Assembly: GCA_050124795.1 (NCBI GenBank)
Contig: JASFEO010000003.1
Coordinates: forward strand, 5,605 to 69,604
Direction: 5' to 3'
Length of the DNA stretch: 64,000 bases
Origin: Candidatus Pacearchaeota archaeon
GTDB taxonomy: Archaea; Nanobdellota; Nanobdellia; Pacearchaeales; GW2011-AR1
How positions within the stretch are numbered: the first letter of the stretch is position 1; every line of letters begins with the position of its first letter. Positions 46,003 to 55,058 of the stretch are shown one piece after another. Position numbers and translations under genes: made by a program. The notes below the pieces were generated by a model. It was not told the DNA's origin. It did no database searches and was given only the letters and a program-made list of their open reading frames with translations.

Positions 46003-46226
46003 ACTTTTAATTGATAATTCTCGTCATAAAATTGCCGACGATAGATCCTTGCTTCTTCTTTAGTTAAATAACCAAAATTTTCAAAACGAAAAACAGCTGC
46101 TCGAAAAATATTTTCTTTTTTTAATCTTTTAAAGTAAGGAAGTTCTCTGATTCTTTGCATTTCCGTATAATCACAAATATTTTTCTCGCTCCATTCATTT
46201 AAATTTCCCGCAAATATTTTTTTCAT
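45999..46226 (-). CDS. Hypothetical protein (75 aa)
   Basis: ORF track. Confidence 0.3.
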   Translation of the reverse strand: MKKIFAGNLNEWSEKNICDYTEMQRIRELPYFKRLKKENIFRAAVFRFENFGYLTKEEARIYRRQFYDENYQLKV

Positions 46227-46279
46227 TTTTGTTAATCCTTTAGTAGTAACAGAATAGAAAGGTTTATAAAGTTTGTGTT

Positions 46280-47317
46280 TTGATAAATTTCATGAATTTG
46301 TATGATTATATTACAATCGGGGCAGGAGCAGTTGCAAGTGGAGTTGCGATTTATCAATATGCTACAGGTGGTTGGCCATTTGAAGAATTTCCAGAATATG
46401 GCTGGTATATTGTAGAGTCCTGGAGAGAAAGAATCGCTACCCCAAAAGAAGGTCCGGATACTCACACCCTTATTCGTCCATTTTATAGAAAAAAATTAGA
46501 TAAAGATGGAAATCCAATAGTTGTTCCTAAGGGAGTTCAGGAAGAAGAAATCCCTAATTTAAAATTTCTTTCAGCAAAAAATTATCAGGGAACTTTAACT
46601 CTTGAATATCGTTGGTTTGTTGACACTCCTGAAGGGGCAAATGATTTTTATTTTCGTTCAAATGCAGAACCAGATCAGATTGATAATTTCATTAAAAGAA
46701 GAACCTCTCAGCTATTAGCAGGAGTAGACCCTAAGATTTTAGGATCAAAACAAGAAGAACTTTCACAATCTCTTTATTTATATTTTGATGGGGGAGAAGG
46801 AGAAAAAGGACTTCTTTACGAAAAAACAGGGGTGCATCTTGATTCCCTGAGCATTTCAGAAGTTCAGTGGGATCCTAAATCATGGGAGGTATTGATGATG
46901 GAAGAAAAAGCAAATAAAGAAGTTGCACAGCAGGCAACTCAATCAGAAGGACCTGTAAGGAGTTGGGATGCAATCTATGCCAGACTAAAAAAATCATCTG
47001 AAGAAAAAGGTTATAATTTCTCTGATGAAGAATTAATTCAAAGAACAGATAAGATGTATGATGATCAAAGAATCTTTGAATATACTCAAAATAGTGCAGG
47101 AGTTATTTTAGATACACGAAGAGGAGATTATCATGATAGAATTACTCCAATACCCCCAAGAAGTTCACCTCAATCACCGTCGCCAAATTCACAAAATAGT
47201 TCACAAAATGATTCAACAGAAAGTCCTCAAGAACCAAGACCTCAAAACCTCGACGATATTATAAGAAATAGTGATAATAAGGCAAGAGTAAATTTTATAT
47301 TAAAGGATAGTGAGTAA
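46280..47317 (+). CDS. N-terminally TM-anchored protein with possible SPFH/band-7-like domain and Ser/Pro/Gln/Asn-rich C-terminal tail (345 aa)
   Basis: TM: YITIGAGAVASGVAIYQYATGGW; YIVESWRERIATPKEGPDTHTLIRPFYRKKL weakly resembles SPFH N-terminal strand pattern; tail PIPPRSSPQSPSPNSQNSSQNDSTESPQEPRPQN. Confidence 0.45.
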   Translation: MINFMNLYDYITIGAGAVASGVAIYQYATGGWPFEEFPEYGWYIVESWRERIATPKEGPDTHTLIRPFYRKKLDKDGNPIVVPKGVQEEEIPNLKFLSAKNYQGTLTLEYRWFVDTPEGANDFYFRSNAEPDQIDNFIKRRTSQLLAGVDPKILGSKQEELSQSLYLYFDGGEGEKGLLYEKTGVHLDSLSISEVQWDPKSWEVLMMEEKANKEVAQQATQSEGPVRSWDAIYARLKKSSEEKGYNFSDEELIQRTDKMYDDQRIFEYTQNSAGVILDTRRGDYHDRITPIPPRSSPQSPSPNSQNSSQNDSTESPQEPRPQNLDDIIRNSDNKARVNFILKDSE

Positions 47318-47372
47318 TTACTTAGTAGTAACAAACCAAAAGATTTAAATACTTGAACAACTTAAATAAATC

Positions 47373-48050
47373 ATGGCAGAAGTAATACCAATGAAAAAGA
47401 AAGAAGAATTAACTGAAAGAGATATTGCTAAAAAGACTCTTGAGTCTAAATTTTGGCAGAATATTTATGGAGCTAATAGTTATGAACTTGGTGTAAAAAA
47501 TGGAGAGATAGCAGGAGACCCTGGGTTAACAGGGGCATATGATGCAGTTTTAGGAAGTGAAGAAGCTTCAAAATTAAGAGAACAAACATATGTTGCCAGA
47601 AAGAAAGCTTACGAAGAAGCAGGAATTGCAGGAGAACCGGCAATGCCTTCAAATGCAGATGTTGTTTATGGAGGGATGGGGGATATTCGAAATAGTCTTC
47701 AACTTGTTGGATTAGAGGACTTATATGAGATTATGACAAAAATAGATCCCACTATAAAAAAATATTCTCTTCCTGAAAAAGGGCTTGAATTATCTTTAGC
47801 AGATATTTATGTGAAAGCAGAGAAGGATGGAGCACTTGTTAGGGAAGAAGGAAAGGAACCAAAATTGGATTTTGAAAAATTAAGCCCGGAATATCAGGAG
47901 GCACTAATTTCATTAAATGAATTGCAAACAAGGTATCAAGAAAGCTGCCAGGAATCATTAAGAAGAGAAAGAAAAGAATCTACTCTTGAGGCATTGAGCA
48001 GGCAAAGACATGAACAGTTTCATCCTAAAGAAGAAAAACAGGCTGCTTAA
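47373..48050 (+). CDS. Hypothetical protein (225 aa), Glu/Lys-rich C-terminus
   Basis: ORF track; no motif recognised. Confidence 0.45.
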   Translation: MAEVIPMKKKEELTERDIAKKTLESKFWQNIYGANSYELGVKNGEIAGDPGLTGAYDAVLGSEEASKLREQTYVARKKAYEEAGIAGEPAMPSNADVVYGGMGDIRNSLQLVGLEDLYEIMTKIDPTIKKYSLPEKGLELSLADIYVKAEKDGALVREEGKEPKLDFEKLSPEYQEALISLNELQTRYQESCQESLRRERKESTLEALSRQRHEQFHPKEEKQAA

Positions 48051-48055
48051 TTAAA

Positions 48056-48262
48056 ATGACAAAAAATAGAAATTTAAAACTTGAAAAAATCGCAAAATGC
48101 GCAGGAGCTTTGTTAGTCAATGGGATTATGTATTCACTTTATTCTCTTACAACTATTTTTAATTCTTCTTTTAGAGATACTCAGGATTTAGAAAGAGGAA
48201 TGGATGAAAGTTATCAGGCAATATCCGAAAAGTTTGAGAATATTCGTGGAAGATCTTATTGA
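48056..48262 (+). CDS. Hypothetical protein (68 aa, one TM)
   Basis: TTAAAATGAC junction; ORF track. Confidence 0.35.
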   Translation: MTKNRNLKLEKIAKCAGALLVNGIMYSLYSLTTIFNSSFRDTQDLERGMDESYQAISEKFENIRGRSY

Positions 48263-49329
48263 GGCGAAGTTCCGCTAACTAAGTCATCAACAATTTTTAT
48301 CATTGTTTCTAAGAAGTCTTTTGTTCTTGCCTGCCATTCGTCGATTTCAACACCTTTTAAGTCGCTTATTTCTCCATGAACAATTTTTTTATGCAATGCT
48401 AATAAATCCCTGTACCAGACAACATATTTCATTTTTAGTCGTCCTGTGTCAACAAAAGTTTCTTTTAATTCTTTTGGAATGAATTCCGGCGACGGCGGCA
48501 AGACATTTGCTGAGATTAATGCAGCATGCGCAGAATCAACCATCGCCCAATAAAGTCCTTCAATGCTTCCAAGTTCTGCTGCTTTGCTTCTTGCATAATG
48601 TATTGGCGCTCTTTGAAGGCAGTCATGAATTGCTTCCGGTGTTGCCCTGATTTTTCCTTTTATTAATAAATATTTAAGTGGCTCAAAAAATCCTGCAAAG
48701 TCAATCATTGCTTCGCCATATCTTAAAACATTAATTACCGTTGGGTCCCCCTTCATTAGGTCCCCCCACCACGTTGACAATTTAACTGTGTTAATATGCA
48801 GGTCTTTTGAATATGGATTTGCTCTTAGAATCTTGTCCAGTTCTGTTCTGTACCATGCAATGAGTTCTTCATCCCAGTTTATTGCAATATCGTCGATAAC
48901 AATTATTATGTCAATATCTGAACCTGCTTGATTCATCTGCTTTGCAACTGAACCAAATAAAACAATTGACTTAATTAACTTGTTGAATTTTTGATAAACT
49001 TTTGTTGCAAAGTCCATTGCAATTTCCTGTTCACTTTTAAACTGCAAGCTTGGAGAATTTTTTTCTATTGGTTTTTTTTGAGAAGTTTTTTTATGAATAG
49101 TTTTTTTCACTGGCTTTTTTTCACTGGCCCTTTTTTCTGCCATGGCTTTTTTAGCTTTTTTGTAAACTTGCCAGCCTTTTTTAAAACCCATTTTTGCATA
49201 TTTTTTAGGCAAGCCTTTTTTTGCTGAATGTTTTTTATGAACAATTTTTTTGTCAGGGTTTTTTTTAGCAACTTCCTTTTTATGAAAAGTTTTTTTCTTA
49301 GAATTTTTTCTAGTCTTTTTTTTCACCAT
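48256..49329 (-). CDS. Pol-beta-superfamily nucleotidyltransferase domain protein (paralog 2) with ~100 aa Lys-rich repetitive N-terminal region
   Basis: IVLFGSVAKQMNQAGSDIDIIIVIDD (NTase motif); LHINTVKLSTWWGDLMKGDPTVINVLRYG aligns with LHIQTYLLTDFWESVKDANPVIFTFIRDG of paralog 1; N-term repeats KKTFHKKE / KKIVHKKH / KKTIHKKT. Confidence 0.6.
   Translation of the reverse strand: MVKKKTRKNSKKKTFHKKEVAKKNPDKKIVHKKHSAKKGLPKKYAKMGFKKGWQVYKKAKKAMAEKRASEKKPVKKTIHKKTSQKKPIEKNSPSLQFKSEQEIAMDFATKVYQKFNKLIKSIVLFGSVAKQMNQAGSDIDIIIVIDDIAINWDEELIAWYRTELDKILRANPYSKDLHINTVKLSTWWGDLMKGDPTVINVLRYGEAMIDFAGFFEPLKYLLIKGKIRATPEAIHDCLQRAPIHYARSKAAELGSIEGLYWAMVDSAHAALISANVLPPSPEFIPKELKETFVDTGRLKMKYVVWYRDLLALHKKIVHGEISDLKGVEIDEWQARTKDFLETMIKIVDDLVSGTSPQ
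49000..49329 (-). repeat. Low-complexity Lys-codon-rich coding repeat (poly-T runs on plus strand) encoding KK-x-HKK repeats
   Basis: Seen in sequence; part of NTase paralog 2 N-terminus. Confidence 0.5.
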
Positions 49330-49392
49330 CTTTTCTCAATAACAAAACGCATTACTTGTTTTTAAATTTATTGAAATCACTAATGTGATTTT

Positions 49393-51300
49393 TTATTCCA
49401 TCCCCCGCCCGCTCATTCGAGAACCTCCGCCGCCCTGCATTTGACCTCCAAGTTCAGTTGGCAAACTTGCCATTGAAAATCCCCCGCCATACATTTGAAA
49501 ATGTGTGTTTGGCAAAATCTGTCCGTACCCTGAAAAATATCCTTGCTGAAGACCTGCTGTCTGATTCCAATAAGGCCCCATTTGCATTGAATAAATTCCT
49601 GAGCCAAAAGCTTCAAGTGATGCCTGAACAGGGGCAGTCTGAAAATGCTGCCACCAATTACCAGCCTCAATAACTTTCTTTGCTTCAAACCCTTCCTTGC
49701 CAAGTTTCTCCATAATTTCTTTAATAGGAACATTCCCCATCCCCATTGGCAGTTCAGTGTGTTCAAGACCGAAATTATCAGACAAGTGAACATGCTTGAC
49801 AAAGGGTTTTATTGCTTCGCTCTCTTGTATAACATTTTCTTTTGTTGCGCCAAATTTTCTGATCATGTTTATATGCCCCACGTCCCATGTTGCGCCAATT
49901 AATTTCTCAGCCTCTTTTCTTGCTTCTCTTTCAGAAATTCCTTCTGCCTTTGCTTTTTCAATAAACTTTGCATGGGATTTTTCAATTAACATTTTTAATT
50001 CCTTGCCTGTACTCAATGCCCCGCCTGCAGGAGGATTCTCAATTGCAATAATTGGCGCAGCTTTCCATTCTCCTTTTCTTACTTTTTCATATCCTGCAAA
50101 AGCAGTGTTGGCGAAAGTCTCAGCAGATTTATCACTTGCAAACTTCTCCATTGACTCATACATTTTTGGTGCAAGACGACGGTTTTTTAAATTATGAAGC
50201 AAATTCTGCATTGCATTTGACTGCCCGACAATTGACTGCCCGCTATTTTTTAATTCCTCGCCGTATTGTTTTGATATTATTTTTAATGCTTCTCTTTGAT
50301 TTTCATCTCCATATTCATAAGCCTTGCTAAATAATGCCTGAAGCTGCTGGTCTGTATCATGAAGATATGTTTCTGCATTTTTGTAATGGTCATATGCTGC
50401 CTTTTGCTCTGGGAATTGACTTAGCAGTTGAGGATTAAGTTTCCCTTCTTGGCGAGCTTTTTCAAGATGCGCAATCTTAGGAGCATTCCTCTGTAAAATT
50501 TCATCTGCTCTTTCTTTATTAAATAAAATCTGGTTAAGAGAATTATCCCATTCTGAATGATTCAACATATTAATTCTGTCTTCAGGGGCCAGAAATTTTC
50601 CATCGCCTTCCAAGGGGATTTCTTTAAAAACTTTTTCAGGGGAGATTTCACCTGCTTTATATCTTTTAATGTCTGCTTCTGTAACGCCCTCTTTTATTTC
50701 CCCTTCTGTCATTCCTCCATAAATTCCTCCTGGATAAAACTTTTTTTCAGGTTTTAATTGTCCGGGTTTACCAGTCTCGCGATTTACAATAATTAATTCC
50801 TTTGTTTTTCCTTTTCCTTCTTTTCCCCATTCATATTGAGAACCAGGGATTCCCGCAGAAGAATGAAAAACAACAGGTGAACTTCCGTCAGGGTTTACGT
50901 CGTGGGCTCTATCCATGACATTTTGCATTTGCCTCTCAACTGCTTCTCTTTGCAATTCACTAAAGCCCTGATTTGTCATCCCTGAAGCTTCAAATTGAGG
51001 TGAGCCGTGAACAGTCACAGTAGCTCCGACTAATTTTGCCTGTCTTGCAACCTCCTTGAAATGCTCTTTTGGGATTGATTCAAAAACACTGGGCTCAACA
51101 GGAGAAATCTCAATATGCTTAACCCCGCTTGATAATTTGTCAGTAACTTCTTTTAAGATATTCGCAGATCGAAAATCAGTTGTCAAACCAAACTGGCCAG
51201 CAGTTACAGGATAATTAGAAGGCGATAAACTGTTTTTATTTGGGTCCAGGCTTGAATAACCCCCCTGATAAATATTTTTAATTTCGTAAGCCATTTTCAC
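49393..51300 (-). CDS. Xylose-isomerase-like TIM-barrel (endonuclease IV / sugar-phosphate isomerase fold) protein with ~300 aa internal insertion and Gly/Gln/Met/Tyr-rich C-terminal tail (635 aa)
   Basis: TVTVHGSPQFE, VVFHSSAGIPG, ...insertion..., IAIENPPAGG, WDVGHINM, VHLSDNFGLEHTELPMGMGNVP (metal-ligand H/E/D/H/D/E pattern of the fold); tail GPYWNQTAGLQQGYFSGYGQ...GGGFSMAS...GGQMQGGGGSRMSGRG. Confidence 0.5.
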   Translation of the reverse strand: MKMAYEIKNIYQGGYSSLDPNKNSLSPSNYPVTAGQFGLTTDFRSANILKEVTDKLSSGVKHIEISPVEPSVFESIPKEHFKEVARQAKLVGATVTVHGSPQFEASGMTNQGFSELQREAVERQMQNVMDRAHDVNPDGSSPVVFHSSAGIPGSQYEWGKEGKGKTKELIIVNRETGKPGQLKPEKKFYPGGIYGGMTEGEIKEGVTEADIKRYKAGEISPEKVFKEIPLEGDGKFLAPEDRINMLNHSEWDNSLNQILFNKERADEILQRNAPKIAHLEKARQEGKLNPQLLSQFPEQKAAYDHYKNAETYLHDTDQQLQALFSKAYEYGDENQREALKIISKQYGEELKNSGQSIVGQSNAMQNLLHNLKNRRLAPKMYESMEKFASDKSAETFANTAFAGYEKVRKGEWKAAPIIAIENPPAGGALSTGKELKMLIEKSHAKFIEKAKAEGISEREARKEAEKLIGATWDVGHINMIRKFGATKENVIQESEAIKPFVKHVHLSDNFGLEHTELPMGMGNVPIKEIMEKLGKEGFEAKKVIEAGNWWQHFQTAPVQASLEAFGSGIYSMQMGPYWNQTAGLQQGYFSGYGQILPNTHFQMYGGGFSMASLPTELGGQMQGGGGSRMSGRGME

Positions 51301-51660
51301 CTCGATTAATTTAAGTATAAGAAGTTTATAAAATTATTTATCCTGATTGCTTTATACTTTCTTTTTGGTTCGAGGAAAATTTGTCTTTGCGAAAGACTTA
51401 AATAATTGCAATTATTCAGTATTTTAAGGTAACAGGGATTGCCTTAAGTCATCATGACATCCCGCTATGTATCCCGGCTGTGTCTAACACTGGGATTTTT
51501 AAAAGGGTAAAGAGAGTTTCTGTTTATATTGATGGGGCTAATTTTTATGGCGGTCTAACATCTATAAATAAAAATTTTAGTGATTTGAATTTTTATTAGA
51601 TATTTTATTTTTGATTTTTCCTGCAAAAAGTTTAAATACTTATAGATATCTATTAGTACC

Positions 51661-51915
51661 ATGGAAACAAAACAGATAAACATGAAAATTCCCCTGAATC
51701 TTCTTAGTGCTGCCGAGAGTTATGCAAAAAATTTCGGGTTTAGAAATATTCAGGAACTTGCAACAGAGAGCATGAGAGAAAAGATTTTTGAAAAAAATGA
51801 ATTTGATGAAAATTTTAGTGAAAGGGAAATTGATTTAATTGATAATTTAATTTCAAAAACATTAAAGAGTAAAAAATTTATTTCTGAAGATGAATTATTT
51901 GGTTCATTAAAATGA
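51661..51915 (+). CDS. Putative antitoxin (84 aa) of RelE/ParE-type TA pair
   Basis: 4-nt ATGA overlap with downstream RelE-like gene; size and position. Confidence 0.5.
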   Translation: METKQINMKIPLNLLSAAESYAKNFGFRNIQELATESMREKIFEKNEFDENFSEREIDLIDNLISKTLKSKKFISEDELFGSLK

Positions 51916-52205
51916 ACTATTATGTAATTTCATCAAAAGAATTCAAAAAACAATTTGATAAGTTAGATGAAAAATCAAAAAAAATTATTTATGAAAAAGT
52001 CCAGTTAGTTAAGGCAAACCCATTCAGATATAAAAAGATTCACTCAAAACTTTTTTCAAGAGTTTTTAGAATAAGATTTTCAATTACAAGAAAAGAAACC
52101 CGTCTTATTTATGTATTATTGCATCAAAAAATAATTTTAATTTGTCTTCTCAACAGAAAAAATGATTATAAAAATTTAGAAAAATATTTGAAAAAAATTA
52201 AATGA
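51912..52205 (+). CDS. RelE/ParE-family toxin (97 aa)
   Basis: FKKQFDKLDEKSKKIIYEKVQLVKANPFRYKK...LFSRVFRIRFSITRKETRLIYVL matches RelE/ParE pattern (..L...NP......L.G...G.YR.R.G.YRIIY.I). Confidence 0.6.
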   Translation: MNYYVISSKEFKKQFDKLDEKSKKIIYEKVQLVKANPFRYKKIHSKLFSRVFRIRFSITRKETRLIYVLLHQKIILICLLNRKNDYKNLEKYLKKIK

Positions 52206-52287
52206 TTTTTCAAACTTTCACAAAAATTAAATTTTTGAGTATCCTTAATTATCCAATGCAGAATTAAAAAATTTCTTTAGAAATTTT

Positions 52288-52866
52288 TTACTTAACTTCA
52301 TACTTTCTTTCAAATTTTCCTATTTCTTCAAATCCGCTTTTTCTTTTTTTTCCTGCGCTTTCAAAATCTGTTCTTTCAACAGAATAAGTTTCTCCTGATG
52401 AAGAATTATTTTCCATGGTGCCTTCAGACGGCATAAATGCAACTTCATCTGGTGAAGAAGATTGCCTTGTTCTTCCTGCCTGAGAAAAGTCAACTTGCCC
52501 CGGGGCATTATAAGTTTCTGAAGACTGAGCATATTTTCTCTCTTCTTCATTTTCTGAATCTACCCTGTAACTAAATGGTTCTTTGTCTTTTGTTTTTGGA
52601 GCAGATTTCATTCCTGCCTCGAGATTTAACCCTCCTTCTTTTGGAGCTTCTGCCATTTGCGTTAAAACAGGCGCGCGAAAACCAATTTCCTGCAATCCTG
52701 AATCAGAAGAAAAATCCTCCTCAATTAAAATTTCCTCCAAGTCATCATCCTTCGGCTTTTCTTTTTTCTCAATTAAAATTTTTTTCTTAGTTTCCTTAAT
52801 TTCTTTTTTATCTTTAGAATTTTCTTTTAATTCTTTTTTATCTTTTTTTTCCTCTTTCTTTTTCAT
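52288..52866 (-). CDS. Hypothetical acidic/low-complexity protein with K/E-rich N-terminus (192 aa)
   Basis: ORF track; compositionally biased. Confidence 0.35.
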   Translation of the reverse strand: MKKKEEKKDKKELKENSKDKKEIKETKKKILIEKKEKPKDDDLEEILIEEDFSSDSGLQEIGFRAPVLTQMAEAPKEGGLNLEAGMKSAPKTKDKEPFSYRVDSENEEERKYAQSSETYNAPGQVDFSQAGRTRQSSSPDEVAFMPSEGTMENNSSSGETYSVERTDFESAGKKRKSGFEEIGKFERKYEVK

Positions 52867-52942
52867 AAGTTGTTAAAGAAATTTTAATTTTTAATTTTTT
52901 CTAATTGGTTAAATTTATAATGTTTGTTTTCTTTTTGTTTTT

Positions 52943-53356
52943 ATGAAAAGAGGTATTGGGATTTTATTTTTTGCATTTGGGATTTTGCTAATTTTAAATT
53001 CATTCCATGGATTAACCGGATTTGCAATTTATGAGAAAATTAGAGAAGCACAGAGTTCTGTATTTGGGCTTATGTTTATTCTTGTTGGGGTATTTTTGAT
53101 TTCTCTTGGAAAACTTGAAAAAGGATTAATGAAATTGAAAACCGGAGTTATAACTGATCCAAATCAATTAAAGAAGATTGCAAGAAAATTGGGCTATGAA
53201 GGAAAAATGGTAAAAGAAGGTTGGCAGGTTCTGGATGAAAAAGGAAAACCAGTAACAGTAATCCCAAGGCGTGTTTCACGAGGAGTTTTTTATAATATCC
53301 GAGATGCATTGAGAAAAGGAGAATCAAATTTCAGAAGATATAGTTATGGAGGTTAA
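52943..53356 (+). CDS. Membrane protein (2 TM) with soluble basic C-terminal domain (137 aa)
   Basis: ORF track. Confidence 0.4.
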   Translation: MKRGIGILFFAFGILLILNSFHGLTGFAIYEKIREAQSSVFGLMFILVGVFLISLGKLEKGLMKLKTGVITDPNQLKKIARKLGYEGKMVKEGWQVLDEKGKPVTVIPRRVSRGVFYNIRDALRKGESNFRRYSYGG

Positions 53357-53765
53357 TCTTCTTCATTAATTAATCCATCATACTCAGCAATTTCTTCTTT
53401 TATAGTCGGTCTTTTTTTGCCATAGGGTGAATCAGAAAAATGCTTTTCTTCAAAAATTTCTTCTTTATTCATCTTAATTAAAAAAATTAAAGTTTTTAAA
53501 ATTAATGAAGGGAAAATCTGCATGAGAAAAATTTTTAAATGGTGTTTTTGTAAAGGTTTTATGACAAGAAATGAATATAAGTTAACAAAAGAATTTGTTA
53601 GGCTTAGCTATGCTTGTCATCTTTCTTCGTAAACTTATTTCCCTTTAGAGGAGAAGTATGCAAAATTTCTAAATTTTCTAACGAGACTATGATTTCTATG
53701 CAAACTTTTTTTGACATTGAAAGAGAAAACTATTCTAAATTAAAATTAATTTGGAGGAAATTCTA

Positions 53766-55004
53766 ATGGGGATGCCAATCGATGTTTTAAAGCAGTCAAT
53801 TAAAGAGCGGCTTTTGGGAAAAGAAGGAAAGGCAAGAATTGAAGAAGTTAAAAAAATCTTGTCAGAAATTCCAAATATTCATCCAAGTCCTTATGGCAGG
53901 ATAAAGAAGTTGTTAAGAAAAGAAATTGATACAAGAGTGAATGCTTCTTACAAAACTTTCAAAAAAGCAGTTGTAATAGATGAATCTAAATGGGCGTTTG
54001 CAAATATTGCGATAACTGCAATGGCGGTCCTTGTCCTAATCTATAAGACTTATACAGACTTTCATACAACAGGCGTTATCTTAATTGGAACACTTTATAT
54101 TTTATATGGTTATCTAAATAAAGTTGGAGAATCTTTTTTCCAATTTGGAAGATTTTATGGAAGATGCACAAGATTAAATGCAAGAATTGAAGGAGCTTAT
54201 TCAATTGATGAGGAATTTGAAAAATTGAATTTTTCAAAAAAGAATAAAATTCAAAATGATTGGAAAAATATTGAAATTAAAAATTTAAATTTTAGTTATA
54301 ATGAAAATTCTGAAAACAGCCATCTTGATAAAGTAAATTTTAAGTTTAAGCGAGGAGAAAAAATTGCATTAGTCGGAGAGAGCGGCTCAGGAAAGTCAAC
54401 AATTTTAGCAATCTTGCGAGGACTTTATTTGCCTCAAAAAGGAGAAGTTTATGTTAATCGCGAGAAAATAAAAAGGGGATTTGAAAAATTAAAACAAAAT
54501 ATAACTTTAATACCGCAGGACCCTGAAATTTTTAATGACACAATCGGCAACAACATTACAATGAATCTGCCGACAAAAAAAGAAGATTTAAATAAGATGA
54601 TTGACATGGCGCAGTTTACAAAAGTTGTTGATAGATTGGAAAAAGGTCTTAATACAAATGTTTTGGAAAAAGGAGTTTCACTTTCAGGAGGAGAAAAACA
54701 AAGATTAGCCTTAGCCAGAGGACTTTTAGCTGCGAAAAATAGCGACATAGTTTTATTAGATGAATCAACTTCAAGTGTTGACAGTTTAAATGAAATGAAG
54801 ATTCATGAAAATATATTTAAGGAGTTTAAAGACAAAACAATTATTTCCTCAATTCACAGATTGCATCTTTTAGATAAATTTGACAGAATTTATTTGTTTG
54901 ACAAAGGACGAGTTATTGCAGAAGGAACTTATGCTGAATTAAAGAAAAATTACAAGTTCAGATTTTTACTTAAGAAGTATGGATTGAAGCGAGAGATGAA
55001 ATAA
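53766..55004 (+). CDS. ABC transporter ATP-binding domain fused to a truncated (about 2-TM) membrane region and a novel ~70 aa N-terminus
   Basis: Walker A GESGSGKST, signature LSGGEKQRLALAR, Walker B IVLLDE, H-loop SIHR; only two hydrophobic helices (AFANIAITAMAVLVLIY, GVILIGTLYILYGYL) precede the NBD. Confidence 0.75.
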   Translation: MGMPIDVLKQSIKERLLGKEGKARIEEVKKILSEIPNIHPSPYGRIKKLLRKEIDTRVNASYKTFKKAVVIDESKWAFANIAITAMAVLVLIYKTYTDFHTTGVILIGTLYILYGYLNKVGESFFQFGRFYGRCTRLNARIEGAYSIDEEFEKLNFSKKNKIQNDWKNIEIKNLNFSYNENSENSHLDKVNFKFKRGEKIALVGESGSGKSTILAILRGLYLPQKGEVYVNREKIKRGFEKLKQNITLIPQDPEIFNDTIGNNITMNLPTKKEDLNKMIDMAQFTKVVDRLEKGLNTNVLEKGVSLSGGEKQRLALARGLLAAKNSDIVLLDESTSSVDSLNEMKIHENIFKEFKDKTIISSIHRLHLLDKFDRIYLFDKGRVIAEGTYAELKKNYKFRFLLKKYGLKREMK

Positions 55005-55058
55005 TTATATATTTTCAAGAACAATAATTCTTAAAAAAGATTCAATTAAAGAATTTTT

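Noticed and set aside
49413-50757. Several 66-133-aa ORFs on both strands
   Set aside because: All are embedded in the 635-aa TIM-barrel gene, whose long continuous frame and motif set are far better supported.
40846-51400. Interpretation of the tRNA-Gly-adjacent region as a single integrated mobile element
   Set aside because: The block contains core ribosomal genes (eL33, uL16) and a tRNA methyltransferase. No integrase or att direct repeat was found by eye. Elevated GC is also seen in core genes. It is treated as mosaic accessory DNA rather than one element.
52943-53356. Possible HicA-like toxin domain in the C-terminus of a 137-aa membrane protein
   Set aside because: Only a vague resemblance (GYEGKMVKEGWQV...VIPRRV). 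No partner HicB. Not supportable without profile search.
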